Source: Eledone cirrhosa (Eukaryota). From it: 64,000 bases of DNA. The notes under the pieces were generated by a model that worked only from the letters and a program-made list of their open reading frames with translations, did no database searches and was not told the origin of the DNA. Each line of letters begins with the position of its first letter. Position 1 is the stretch's first letter. Shown piece after piece: positions 49,183-62,500 of this stretch. The stretch lies in assembly GCA_964016885.1 (NCBI GenBank), contig OZ024740.1:382974001-383038000 (forward strand). The letters run 5' to 3'. Both the position numbers and the translations under genes were made by a program.

Positions 49183-52100
49183 TTACAGACGCATACTCAG
49201 AGTAGGCCCATTCAGTCGGGCCATTCTTGCCTCTCTCACCCATCCTTCAACAACATTCTGGGAAGAGAGCACTTTCCTCTTTACCCTGATTTTCCTTTTC
49301 AAACGAAATTTGAAAAAGTTAATCAAGGCATCACCGAAGAGGTAAGTGCTCGTCTTCAGCCCTTTCAAACCTGTCCACTATACTTTCGCTTTCGCCATGG
49401 CCACCAGACAGATAAAAACATCCTGCCCTTCCCGGCTAAAGAATGAGGGCGGGTCAATCCTCACGATGGACTCAGCTGATAGCTGGATCCCTCCTACACA
49501 AGTCAGCAATGCTAGGACACTGGACGAGTGCGTGCAGGACGGTTTCGTCGTCCTGCGCGCATCTCGGACATGCCCGGCTGACGGCACCTCCATGCCTGTA
49601 GAGTTTATCCCGAACTGGCAAAGCTCCTCGGTAGCACTGCCAGGCCAGGGATTTCTGAAAGTTGTCCATAGGCCCCGGCCCGAAAGTTCTTCCGAAGAGA
49701 TTGGCTAGTTGATTTTCGTCGACGCCTAGGGTTTCCCCAAGTACGTTCACGCTCTTCCCTTCTACTAATCCTCTATAGAACACCAAGGTGGAGTTTCCAC
49801 CGATCACATTGCCCGATTGGTCGAGGGCTGTGAGCGCCTGAAGACATTCCAGTCTCCAAGCGCTCCCTCTCGGTTTCGCTTGACCCAGGACTCCAGCTCC
49901 GTCAAGGAGACGAGCTGGGTAAAGACGCGTCTAGCAAACGGCGACCACACCTGATCACAGTCGAGAAAGAGGTGGACATGTCGTAGCCTGAGCGCGTGTC
50001 TGCGCATCATCAGCCACGGTGCCCAGCCCTCCACGTAGCGGGTGTTGACATCAGATGGACCGCCTGCTCATCGGAGCGCGTCCCTTCCACAAGAAGCGAA
50101 AGAGCAAACGCTCCAGCGCAGTCAAGCGGGGCTTAGGACAAGGTACGACGGTCAGGCGGTAGTAGATGACGGACGCGATGTACGCGTTAGCCACCTCCGC
50201 TCGACCTTTCAGGGATAGCTTCCTCTCCGCCTATTTCTTGGTCAGAGAAGCCACCCTACTAGTCACCTCGTCCCAGTTTTTGTCCGTCTGGAGGTCCGGA
50301 CCGAACCAGACCACTAGTAATTTAACCGGTCCGTCCGTCCAGCGCCCGACGACGCTGTTGGACGACATGGACCTTCTTCTCCAGGTGCCGAGCTGCAGGC
50401 CCACTGACTTTTCCTGGTTGATCATTGCTCCTGTCACCGCTTCGTATTCTCTTAGTGTAGTGCAGATCGCCTCGATGTGTTTGGCGTTCGACACCACAAC
50501 GGAGACATAGTCTGCATATGCTGACACTGATCTTTCGCAACCTAGTTCGCGCGGGATTCCCCTCAACGTCTCCAGTTTGTGCAGTAATGGCTCGAGAGTC
50601 AATACGTACAAGAGGGACGAAAGGGGACATCCTAGCGGACCGAGCGCATGATGTTGAACGGTTCCGAAAGGTGACCGTTCACTCTCACCACAGAGCAGAT
50701 GTCGCTGTAAATGGCAGCGATCCAGTCTCTGAAGACGGGCACAAGGCCAGCCGCCCTCAGGACTGCCGTTAGGTAACGATGGTCGACACTCTCGAAAGCT
50801 TTCGACTGATTTAAATTGATCAAGGACCCACCCGTGCCAGGTTCCCTAGCTACCCTCTCTACGATATATCGCATGAGGTGGAGGTTGTCGTGGACGGATC
50901 TGTCTGCGCCTCTCCCACCTGGTAATTCTCCCGTTCTGTTTCCAGTTGCAGTAGACGTCCGCCAAGAGGCCTCCGAACAAGTCTGGCATCCGTACGTAAA
51001 GTTCATAGGGCGGACCATCCAAACCAGACGATTTACCCCTTGTGCAGCTAGTCATTGCCTCCCATACTTCGGCGGCTGTTATCGGCTTTTCGCAACACTC
51101 CGCCTCAGTGGCTGAGAGCCGCGGCAGTCCGTCGAGGTAGACACTAAAGTCCATCCATCGACACGGCCCGCCGCTGCCCCCGAACAGCTGAGCGAAGTGT
51201 CGCTGAAAAGCTTCACACATTTGCTCGTGATCGAGTAGCATGCGCTTGTCGTGGTCCACCAAAGACCGGATCGTGGCTGTGTTGCCACGACGCGCCTCCG
51301 CCACTCGGGCCCATTGGACGGCTTTCCTCCCCTCGTGTCTGAGAGCATGCACCCTAGCTCTGACAGCGCAGCCTTCGTGCTTTGCATTGAAGAATTGTTC
51401 AAAAACCAATTTCGCCGCAAGTACGTCTGTCGCGTTGCCTTTGCTAAGCGCCTCGTCTAATTGTCTAACTAATTCTCCCTCTACTCTATTTTTCACTATT
51501 GCTAAAACCTTACTAAACCTAATTGACTCTATTCTAATCGCTCTTTACAGAGCAAACCACCACTTGTTGTTGACGATGGCCCCCGTCAACGCCCGCTTAA
51601 CTAGTTCGCTAATCCGGTCTCTGTAGGGCTTGCCCGCTGGTAAGAACGCGTTTAGCTTCCAGTAGCCGGGTCCTTGTCTATGAAGCCTATCTAAGTCAAG
51701 CTCACAGATCACGAATTTGTGATCCGTGTAGCTGACTATCTTGAATTGTGGACAGTCTATGCTAGACCTATCTATTTCCCTACAAAATACTATATCTAGA
51801 TATGATCTGGATGACCCTATGCGGTTTGTCCAAGTCCACATTGGCACATTCGGGAAATCCAATCGGTACCTGTCAGGCAGTTCAAAATGCCTGAGTAGGT
51901 TCGTGAGGCTCTTGCACCCTTCTACCCTATCCTCTAATCCCGCACAGTGCCAGCGTGCATCTAAGAACCCGTTCCAGTCGCCCACTAACACTAAAGAGCG
52001 GGACGTTCAAAGAAAGGTCTCCAGACGCCGGAAGAAATCAGGCCGCCCTGCTCCTGTCCGGGCATAGACGGCCACTAGCCTGAAAGCTTGCTCGTCTCCG

Positions 52101-52381
52101 CTGGTCACATCCAGCACCACCAACTTACCTTCTGGGTCCAGGAAGATGGCCCGTATAGCGAGATCCAGACCTCTCCGAAAAAGCACAGCAAATCCTCCAC
52201 CCGATCCAGGTCGGCTGGGAGATGCGTACACATCGTAGCCGCCGAAGATCGGTGCGAAGGCCCGTGCTTCGGAGATCTGGTCTCGCTGATGGCCACTACA
52301 TCTATGTTTGGTGACCTGACGTCGTTGAGCAGGTGGCCCAAAACCACGCGCATTTATGCTGCCTATTCTGAGTGAGGTCAT
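49183..52381 (-). pseudogene. ORF2 of element B
   Basis: GSINARG, ISETR, VGDWN, SYLD, YTDHK, GPGYWKLN, GLDG, QSKAF, SAYADY, CPRC..ETVLHALVQC. Has an internal deletion near 50910. Confidence 0.92.
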
Positions 52382-52421
52382 GTTGAAATGGAGTGGAAAA
52401 GATGGGAAAGACCGCTTACCT

Positions 52422-54231
52422 TACTTCTCGTAGAGGAAGGATGGTATCTCCATCCTGTTCACTGCCTGTTGCTTCCTCCGGAAGGATGTCCTAAGAAATC
52501 CTCCGGGAGAGTGCTTGTCGTAGTCTCCGATGTCTTTGGGGAATTTTTATTTTAGTGTCGTGTACGTTTTCTGTGTGATGCGAGTGATTTGTATGTGCGG
52601 AGGTGGTGTGAATTTTTGGGTTGTTGTGTAGTCTTTCTCTGTGATGCTGGTGTTGTGTTAGATGTAGTGTAATAATTGGTTGTTGTTCAAATTTTATGCT
52701 GTGTAGTGTGTATCGTATTGGTTGTTTTGTTTTGATTGCGTTTGTTGTGGGTTTGTTTCTGTTTTGATTTTTGGTGACTTTTGTGGTGTTGGTGATGGTG
52801 GTGTTGGGGTTAATGATGGTGATGGTGTTGGTGTTTGTAGTGGTGAGGTTGGTGATGCTGGTGTGAATGGTGGCATGTCTGTCCTAACTTTTTTGTTTGA
52901 TAGTATATTAGTTTCCCTCTGTATTTTGTTTTTGGAGGGGGAAGGAAGAGGATTTTTTTTTGGGGGGGGGTCTTTTTCTTATTTTCTTTTTTCCTGATAC
53001 CATTTCCCACTCCTCAGCGTGACAATCTGTCTCCAGTTGCGATAGGTCGGGAAGTGGAAAATCCTCCGTGGCGTTGGTTTTGGTTGTGGCGTGGTGGATG
53101 GTGTAGGCGCTAGTGCTAGTTCTGGCGCGTTGGGTGGTGGAGGTGTTGGTTTTGCTACTATTGCTGGGGTTGTTGCTGTTACAGTTGCTTCTCTTGTTGC
53201 TGTTACAGTTGTTGCTGCCATTTCTGCTGCTGCTGGTGTTGATGGTTGAGTCACTGGGGTGGGTAAGAAAGGTGGCCTCAATCTTTTAGCCTGAGGGCAG
53301 AAAGCCCTTAGGTGGGTTCCTTCACCACAAACGACACTATGGCCTTCTGCTCTCGACGATTGCGGTGAGGTGGCTGCCGTCAGTGAGGTCTATTACCTCT
53401 GGGATCTCCTCAATGCTTTTTTGGTCCGCTTGGATCAGGAGCTCCATCCCAGATCCGGACCAGTTCTTCTGCTTTTCTTTCGCTATTTCGATTATCTTGG
53501 TGTTGGCCTCGTTGCCAGCGAGGACGGCAGCCATTAGCCAGAGAATTTCGATGGCCGGTGGAACGTGGATCACCCTGATCTTCACGAGTCTCTGGCCACA
53601 ATAGCTTGGGACGAGTGTGAAGTCTTCACATCTTAATAGGGCCATGGAGTCTTCTCTGGCCTCCTGTGGTGTTCCAAAGAACACATCCACGGTTCCATAT
53701 TTCTGCCCACGTCTGATGTGGGTTTTTTTTTTGCCCACACATGTCCCAAAGCTTTTTGGATTTGGGACTCAGATGCCCGTTCCACTCGGCGCGATCTTAT
53801 GTTAATCGTCCGATAATACACGGTGCATAGGTGCCGATGCTCCATTTTATTAGGTGTGTGTGTGGGGAGGGGGTGCTGACCCTGTACCCATCTTTCTTTA
53901 CCATTCTCTTGGCTTCATGTAATTCCTCCTGATTTACCTGGATTGCTTCGCACTTTTGTGCTACTCTGGCAAAAGACAGGTTGGTTTTCTTATTCTCATT
54001 GTTGGTGTTGCTGTTGTTGTTATCGTTATTTTTGTTATTGTTATTTTTAATTTCAGTTGTGGTGGTGGTGGCGTCAGTGGTGTTCGATGTGGAAGATTCC
54101 ATTTTGGGTGAATCCATTTCGATGTCACGAGATAATTTATTTTTTTCTTTTGTTTCTGTTGTCGCTGTTGTGGTGGTGGGGGTGGCGACTTCAACACCCG
54201 TAGTCATTGGTAATGGCGGGAAATGAGACAC
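52422..54231 (-). pseudogene. ORF1 of element B
   Basis: ATG at 54231, RGQKYGTVDVFF, CRLW/CGEGTHLRAFC-like knuckle near 53300-53340, and a proline/threonine-rich tract. Confidence 0.75.
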
Positions 54232-54564
54232 ATTTAAATTATTGCTACTGCTTATATTTTTAGTGTTGGCAAACGTAGTAATATTTACAATGGTGGTGTC
54301 GGTGCGAGGTGTTAGTTTGTGGGGAAGGTTTTACTGTGAGTCGTGCATGATTTCTTTTAAAGAAAACTTTTGTTTGATAATTATAAAAGTTTAAATTTTG
54401 GCGCTCAAGGCCCCAATCTTTTTGAGTGTCCTTTTCCGAAAGCAAATGTTGTGAACTTATAAATAATTAACAACAAAAATTTTCCATAAATGACAATTTT
54501 AAACAAACGAAAACCACAAACATTTGCGGAGCTCACGATGATACGATTTCCTACATAGGTCGCC

Positions 54565-54595
<31 letters not shown>

Positions 54596-55204
54596 TGGTG
54601 GATAGGGTATTATGGAATCGGTCCCGTAAGTTTTTGATTTTTTACATATTTAAAACAATTTGGATAGAATAATTCTTATTACAAATGAAACGTAAGATAT
54701 CAGTCTTTTTACTCTCAGGAAGTCGCAACGCATCACATTACGACATAGGGCTCCAATATGTAATATTTAATTTAATATTTAATTTTGTACCAGAAATCTT
54801 ATAGTCAGAAAAGAAAATGGCTAGAAAACAACAGCCAAATAACTTCACCACCAGCACCACCACCACCGCCGCCGCCACAATCACCATCACCACTACCACA
54901 AAAAATCTAGCATCATACAAACCAGCACCATCCCTATAGAAATGCTGTCCCATCACCACCGCCACCACTGCATCATCGCTACCGCCACTATTCTCTCACT
55001 ACTTAAGAGAGGGGTGGTGGTACCGCTACAGATGAAAAGAAGCGAGGAAGGTATCATAAGATATAAATAGACTGGTTTAGTGACTCGGTCAAACAGCTAA
55101 CAACAACAACAACAACACCAAAACAATTATGTTGTTGTATCTCTAAACTCTCTCAAAATGTTTAGTTTAAACGATGTCAAATCTAAACTATAATATAATA
55201 ATAA

Positions 55205-55385
55205 TTGTTTCTACTTTTGGCACAAGGCCAAGAATTATCCAGTACATTACTGGTACTTTATTTTATCGACCCGGTAACGATGAAAGGCAAAGTTAACCTC
55301 GGCGGGATTTGAACTCAGACCGTAAAGGGACATAACTATGCTGGAAAACATGGTGTCCGACTCTCTTCCGATACTGCAAATCCAA
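55205..55385 (-). mobile_element. tRNA-derived SINE (left arm)
   Basis: Family motifs. The tail-side flank mirrors that of 58850-59038. Confidence 0.88.
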
Positions 55386-55431
55386 CCAGCGCCGCCGCCG
55401 CCACCATCACCATCACCACTACCACAAAATA

Positions 55432-56780
55432 AAAACAGTTCCAATAACGGTGAAGTGGAGACTGGAATGTCATGTGACAGACTCTCACCCAAAAGGTGCT
55501 CCCTGGCCCAGCAGCAGGGACCTGGCTGTCATCCAAATACTGCTGGTGTTGGAGTAAGAGGAAGAAGGAAAGAGACCAGAACCAACTGGACGGATGCATA
55601 ACATCTGGAACGAGATTGGTCTATTTGAATTAGATAAACAAAAATGGGCAGGCTCGGGTAATAAGAACTAATGGGTGGATAAGCGAGCTGGAACTGGAGG
55701 AACTAAACAGAGAGATTAGGTTGGAAATGGATAGTGGAGTATGCCAGGCAAACGAGCCAGTGGGAAATGAAGGTCAAGAGGTTGAGAGAACGGAGGAACC
55801 ATCCGAAGCAGACAATGATCTGAATGCTGAAATAAATAATACCTGGAACAAAGATAAGGCCATTGAGGAAATGAATGCTGACGGGCTAGGACAAGATTTG
55901 TTTGATATCCTAAACTTAGTGGTAGATGAAATGAACAATGACCGTAAAATTTGTAGACAGGAAAAAGTTAAAAGAAACAACAGCTGGGGTAAACAAAGTC
56001 ATACCATACCTTGAGGCGAGGAGCCTTCACCAGTGCAACAATATCCTCAAAACAACAGCAAATGCGGTGAGAAAATTACTTGGCATGAAAGCGAGAGGAA
56101 ACAACAAACAAGAAAGATCAGAACCTTGGAGGAATAAACGACTGAATGGTCAAATCAAGGAAATGAGAAATGACATTGGAAAGCTGAGTCCCTACTGAAT
56201 GGGACACTAAAAAACATAGACACAAAAATAGACTGGAAATAAAGTACAAAACTAGGGGGGAAAAGCTAAATATTGTAGCAAAGAGTGCAAAAATGAGGGG
56301 ATACGAGAGCAGAGTCAGTCAGTATAGACAGAACCGTATGTTTGACAACAACCAGAAGATGTTGTTTGGACAGCTTGGAGAGAAAGAAAGAGACAACGAC
56401 TTGATCCCTGAGGCGGAACAAACTAAGACATTCTGGGGACGAATATGGGAGCATGATGTTAAACATAATGGTCAAGCAGTGTGGATTGAGACAGTACAAA
56501 AGGAGATTAGTGAACAGGCTCACCAATAAACTGATTTGAGTATCACAGTTGAAACTCTTAACGGGCAGGACAAAAACTAACCATCTGAAAATCACCAGGC
56601 CCAGTGGTGTGCAGGGGTATTGGATTAAAAATATAACATCCCTCCACCCGTAACTGACAACCATGTTCAATGACTGCTTGATGTCAGGTGAGGTACCAGA
56701 GTGGTTGAAAAAAGGTAACACAGTTCTGGTAATGAAAGACCGAATCAAGCGTAATGATGTTACCAACTATAGACCTATCA
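55432..56780 (+). mobile_element. R4/Dong-like LINE, 5' part (left-arm copy)
   Basis: RVIRTNGWISELELEEL, EPWRNKRL..QI..MRNDI, YRQNRMFDNNQK, FW..IW, SPG..GVQGYWIK, NYRPI. Ends inside the RT. Confidence 0.85.
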
Positions 56781-58424
56781 TACTATATTCATTACCATCA
56801 TTGCAATTCCTCATTACCACCTTATCAATAAGTAACTGGTCCTTTATACCACAGGACTTCTTTCGGCGTTCTTTCTCTTCGTCCGGTAACACGTTGTTTA
56901 TGTGGAGGTGATGGTAGATTTCCTCAGACACAATGCTCGTCAACAGTTTCCACATTACGGACAGACATGTGATAGGCCTATAGTTGGTAACATCATTACC
57001 CTTGATTCGGTCTTTCATTACCAGAACTGCGGTACCTTTTATCAAGCACTCTGGTACATCACCCGACATCAAGCAGTCATTGAACATGGTTGTCAGTTTC
57101 GGGTGGAGGGATGTCATATTTTTAATCCAATACCCCTGCACACCATCTGGGACCTGGTGATTTCCAGTTGGTTAGTATTTTGGCCTGCCCCTTAAGAGTT
57201 TCAACTGTGATACTCAAATCAGTTTATTCGTGTGCTTGTGCACTAATCTCCTTTTGTACTGTCTCAATCTACACTGCCTGACCATTATGTTCAACATCCT
57301 GCTCTCATATGCCTCTCCAGAATGTCTTAGTCTGTTCCGCCTCAGGGATCACGTCGTTGCCTCTTTCTTTCCCTTCAAGCTGTCCAAACAACATCTTTTG
57401 GCTGTTGTCAAACATGCGGTTCTGTCTATAATGACTGACTCTGCTCTCATATCGCCTAATCATTGCACTTTTTGCTACAATGCATTGCTTCAGTTCCTCT
57501 ATGACAATATTTAGCCCCCCCCCCTAGTTGTGTAGTTTGCTTCCAATCTATTTTTAGTATCTATGTTTTGTAACGTCCCATTCAGTAGGGAGTCAAACTT
57601 TCCAATGTCTTTGCTCATTTCCTTGATTTGACCACTCAGTCGTTTCGTCCACCAAGGTTCTGATCTTTCTTATTTGATGTTTCCTCTCGTTGTTATGCCA
57701 AGTAATTTCCTCATCGCATTTGCTGTTGTTTTAAGGATATTGTTGCATAGGTGAAGGTTCCTCGCGTCAAGATATGGGATGACTTTGTTTACCTTAGCTG
57801 TTGTTTCTTTTAACTTTTTCCTGTCTACAAATCTTAGATTCATAGGTTTTCCCCTATTATTGTTCATTTCATCTACCACTAAGTTCAGAATATCAACCAA
57901 ATCTTGCCCTAACCCATCAGCATTAATTACCTCAATGGCCGTACCTTTGTTCCAGATGTTATTTATTTCAGCATTCAGATGGTTCCTCAGATCTCTTAAC
58001 CACTTCACCTTCATTTCCCACTGGTTCATTTGCTTGACATACTCCACTCTCCATTCCAACTTAATCTCTCTGTTCAGTTCCTCCAGTTCCAACTCGTTTA
58101 TCCACCCATTAGTTCTTATTACCCGAGCCTGCCCGGCCAATTTTTGTTCATCTAATTTAAATAGATCAATCTCGCTCCAGATGTTATGCATCCGTTTCCT
58201 ATAGCCTTTTTCCATGGGGTTACTCTTCAGGTAACATTTCATGAGAGTTCTATAGAATTATTTCGTCCAGTTGGTTCTTGTCCCTTTCCTTCTTCTTCTT
58301 CCTCCAACACCAGCAATATTTGGATGACAGCCAGGTCCCTGCTGCTGAGCCAGGGAGCACTTGCTGGTTTATAGTCTTTCACATGACGTTCCAGTCTCCT
58401 CTTCACCGTTATTCGAACTGTTTT
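56781..58424 (-). mobile_element. R4/Dong-like LINE, 5' part (right-arm copy)
   Basis: MKCYLKSNPMEKGYRKRMHNIW..EQKLAGQARVIRTNGW...NYRPITCLSVMWKLLTSI...GIKDQLLIDK. Truncated at the fold-back junction. Confidence 0.87.
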
Positions 58425-58849
58425 GGTTCGACATTTAAACAGTCATATCGAGAATTTTGTGAATGTATGGTTACATAACCACCCGTGATTTTAGCGTGGC
58501 ACCATCACTCTGTAGAAGAAAATGAATGAATAAATAAATAAATTCAAACATAAAAAATAGACATAAATTTAATTGTAAAGTTTGAATGTCTGACTTCGTT
58601 TTATTTGTTTTTTGTTTTTTTTTCGTTTTTCAAAGCCAGTAACATCGGTTCCTAGTGTTGTTGTTGCTGCTGCTGCTGTTTTTGATTTTAGCTACGCTAA
58701 GATCGTAGTCATAGCAACAGGGTAGGTAGAGGGTGTTGCTTTCAAAACTTTTGAAATTTGCTTTTCTTTTGATGTTGCGTTTGTTTTTGTTTGTGTTCTG
58801 GTCTCTAATTTTTCGACTTGTTGCTTATCATCATTATTATTATTTGAAA

Positions 58850-59038
58850 GGGCGGTGGATTGTCAGTATCGGTAGAGGGTCGGACGTCAGGCTTTGACGC
58901 ATAGAATTACGGCCCTTTCCATTCTGAGTTCAAATCTCGCCGAGGTCAACTTTGCCTTTCATCCTTACGGGGTCGATAAAATAAAGTACCAGTAATGTAC
59001 TGGATAATTGCTGGCCTTGTGCCAAAAGTAGAAACAAT
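58850..59038 (+). mobile_element. tRNA-derived SINE (right arm)
   Basis: Full-length head GGCGGTGGATTG..GGTAGAG, B-box and tail. Confidence 0.88.
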
Positions 59039-59591
59039 TATTATTATTATTTAACATCGTTTAAACTAAACTGCAATAATAATAATTATTATGGTGTTGT
59101 TGTCTATGTTTGACTGGGTCACTAAATCAGTCTATTTATATATTTTGGTAGCTATTGGTAGGTAACTCCTTTCTAGGCAATACTACTACCTTCCCTCTCC
59201 AGGAGGTAGTGAGGGAATAATGGTGTTAGCAATAATGGAGAGGTGACAGTAGTGATGTGGTAGTAGTACTGTAGTGATGGTGTTGTTGCTGTAGCTAAAT
59301 TTTGTGGTAGTGGTGGTGGTGTTCGTGGTGAAATTATTTGGCTGTTGTTTTCTTCCATTTGTAACCATTTTCGTTTTTAACTATAACATTTCTGATATAA
59401 AATTAAATATTTGAGCCATATACAAGAGTGTTATATGTTGTCACTTCCTGAGAGTTAAGACTGCTGCCTTATGTCCCATGTAATAAGAATTATTCTATCA
59501 CAATTGTTTTAAATATGTAAAAAATCAAAAACTTACGGGAGCGATTCCATAACACACTATCCACCATGTGCGTATACCTCCCTTCGAATAG

Positions 59592-62500
59592 TTGGCCCAG
59601 GCGTGGAGGTTAATTAAATGGGAGACGTCCTGGGCAAACCTGACCATCCTGGACGGGGAAATAACGGCCATGCAAAGGAGCACGGTGTACTTTCGATGCG
59701 TTTCAGTGCAGACACGCAAAGTGGAATTTGCCAGACAAGCAGAGGTCGCGGCTGCTTTGAAGTGCATCGGAAGTGACATAGAGTATAAAGCAAGGCCCAA
59801 GCAGTTCGGTACCATCTCGGTACTGTTCAAAACCGAGGCCCTTGCTATTAAGCACTCGGTGACCCCCTGCAGAACGGAACGTATTATCATGTACCCGTCC
59901 TACATGGGTAAAAGGACAGTAAAGGTCCGCATTCCCAGGATACCACCAGGAATGAACATATGGTGGCTCCTGTGATGCGTAATCGAGGAGGGGACAGACA
60001 CTACCCTGCTGGATATCAAAAGGACAGAGAGAGGAGATTGGTCCGGAATGGATTTGGAGATTTCTCTCCAAATAAAACCAGAGTACATGAACAACTTACC
60101 GGATGTCGCCCGCCTGCAGGACGGGACAACAATCCAATGAATCACAGAGGGAAGAAGGCAGCACTGCTTCGTCTGCGAGGAAGCAACGCATCTGCAAGCC
60201 GTCTGCCCTCAGCTCAAAAATGCAGGGGTCGCAAACCTCCTTTGTTGCCAACTCTAGTGTCAGCTCGGAAAGCTACACCACCACCAAAAACAACACAACA
60301 ATGACACGGCTAACCCCACCAACATCAAAAGCAATCGGACAACCACCAGCACCGAAACCAATCCAAGGAGAAAACGAGGAAAGCTCTCCCACTCCCTCTA
60401 CCCCTCCAATTATACACATAAAAAAACAATAGATGCACACAGACACATATACACTCACAGCCACAGTTCCTTTGTCTTCCAGAAGTGAAGATGAAGGAAA
60501 AACCAAAAGTGCCAAAAAACAAAAGAGAAAACTCACCAAAAAACAAAAAAGCACCAACAAAACACAAGAACATACAAAACAAAAAATACAGACACCACTA
60601 ACGCAAACACTTCCCCAATAACATCAACACCAACAACAACATAATAACCACCCCTACAATCCCCGAAACGCAAACAACCTAAACAAACACAAGAAGAAAT
60701 AAACACAGACACCTGAAATTGCAGACACCACACCTACAACAAACACAGACATACCCCAAACAACACCACCAAAACCATCGCCACCCTCTTCACCAAAACT
60801 AAAACAAATAAAACCACACCAACAAAATGTTAAAAACATCGTGCTTGTCACGATAAACTGATGGCCCTCTTACCACGAAGCGAGGACATTCAAACAGAGG
60901 AGGAAATCTTTGAACTGAACACATTTTGCGTTCCAGAAGATTTGCTTCTGGTGCGAATGTCGTTCAATTCTTACAAAGAAATTCGAGACAGCTTTCCTCA
61001 AGACGTGGGAACCCCGAACGTGAACTCCACATCAAGAATTTTAAAGGGGTTCCCAAAAGAAACCCCACCAACCATGGAGGTCGAAACACCCGACCATCAA
61101 AAGACCCCGGGAGGTAAGTAAATCTTCCCTCTCTCTTTTAGCTCGTCAACATGGCCATATTCAGAGAAGGAAGTTTAAATGTACGCGGCCTGGGGTCACC
61201 ATGGAAGAAGGGTGGCCTGCTCAACGAGATTAGGTCTCTGGAAATGGATGTGATTGCCGTCAGCAAGACCAGGATTTCCGACACGCGCGTACTAGCCCCC
61301 ATTTTCGATGACTATCAGATCTTCGCATCTGTTAGCAGACCGGGAAGGGAAGTTGGGGTAGCAGTGCTGTTTAGGAAAGGTCTGGATCTCGAGGTAAGGT
61401 CAATCTTCCGGGATCCGGACGGTAAGTTGGTGGTCCTGGATGTAAGCAGTAGCGAAGGTGGTGCCTTTAGACTGCTGGCCATCTACGCCCCTATTGGGGC
61501 CGGACGATCGGACTTCTTTAGGCGCCTGGAAATCTTTCTGGGTACGTCTCGCTCTCTACTGTTAGCGGGGGACTGGAACGGCATCTTAGAAGCACGCTGG
61601 GATTGTGTGGGAGTAGCTGATAGGAGCGGGGGGTGCAAAAGCCTCAAACACCTAATCAGTCAATTCCAACTGTCTGACAGGTATCGACTAGATTTCCCCA
61701 ATGCGCCAGTGTGGACGTGAACCAACCGCATAGGGTCAACGAGATCGTATATAGACAGGATATTTATTAGGAAAGTAGATATAAATAGTGTAGGCTGCCC
61801 AATTTTTAAAACAGTCGCCTATTCAGATCACAAATTTGTGATCTGTTTAGTCGACCTAGAGAAAACGCGTAGGTTGGGTCCTGGTTACAGGGAGATGAAC
61901 ATGTCACTACCGGCACGTAAGGCTTACAGGGACCAAGTCAACAATTTAGTTAAGCAAAAGTTGACAGGGGGGATGATCAACGACAGAGGGGGGGGGGGGG
62001 GGGGAGCTACAAAAGGGAGATTAGAGTATCTTCGATAGAGTTCAGCAAAGAACTAGCGTTAGAGAAAAATAGAAAGGAGGGGCAGCTGGTAGATATGTTA
62101 GACGAGGCTATTTGTAATGGCATTGCAACTGACGTGCTAGCGGCGAGAATTTCTTCAATGCGAAACACGAAGGCTGCATTGTCAGAGCTAAGGCGCGTGC
62201 GCTGAGAAACGAGGGAACCAAAGCTGTTCGATGGGATCGCGTGGCAGTGGCGCAGCGTGGTAATAAAACCACAATTCGGTCTTTGGCGGACCTAGACGGA
62301 CAGCAGATAAGCGATTCCAAGCGGATGTGTGTGGCCTTTCGCCAGCACTTTGCTCGGTTGTTCGGGGAGAGTGGCGAGTCAGAGACAGCAGCAGATTTCA
62401 TACCCTACCTTGACGGCTTGCTGCGCATCTCGACGGTCGACGCTGAGCGCTGCGAAAGGCCGATTACTTCAGCCGAAGTTTAGGACGCCCTTGTCGGCTG

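Larger units (their letters stand above)
48935..54564 (-). mobile_element. Tx1/L1-clade non-LTR retrotransposon B (divergent subfamily), full length, disrupted
   Basis: Same architecture as A, head-to-tail with it, separated by (AAT)7 at 48914-48934. (AAT)10 at 54565-54594. Confidence 0.93.
54595..59567. repeat. Large inverted duplication (arms ~54595-56780 and ~56970-59567)
   Basis: Unique sequence, a SINE at the same insertion site, and R4/Dong-like sequence are all mirrored across a ~190-bp spacer. Confidence 0.9.

Noticed and set aside
12318-59038. tRNA genes suggested by GTTCAAATCC B-boxes
   Set aside because: All are heads of the repeated SINE family, with no complete cloverleaf.
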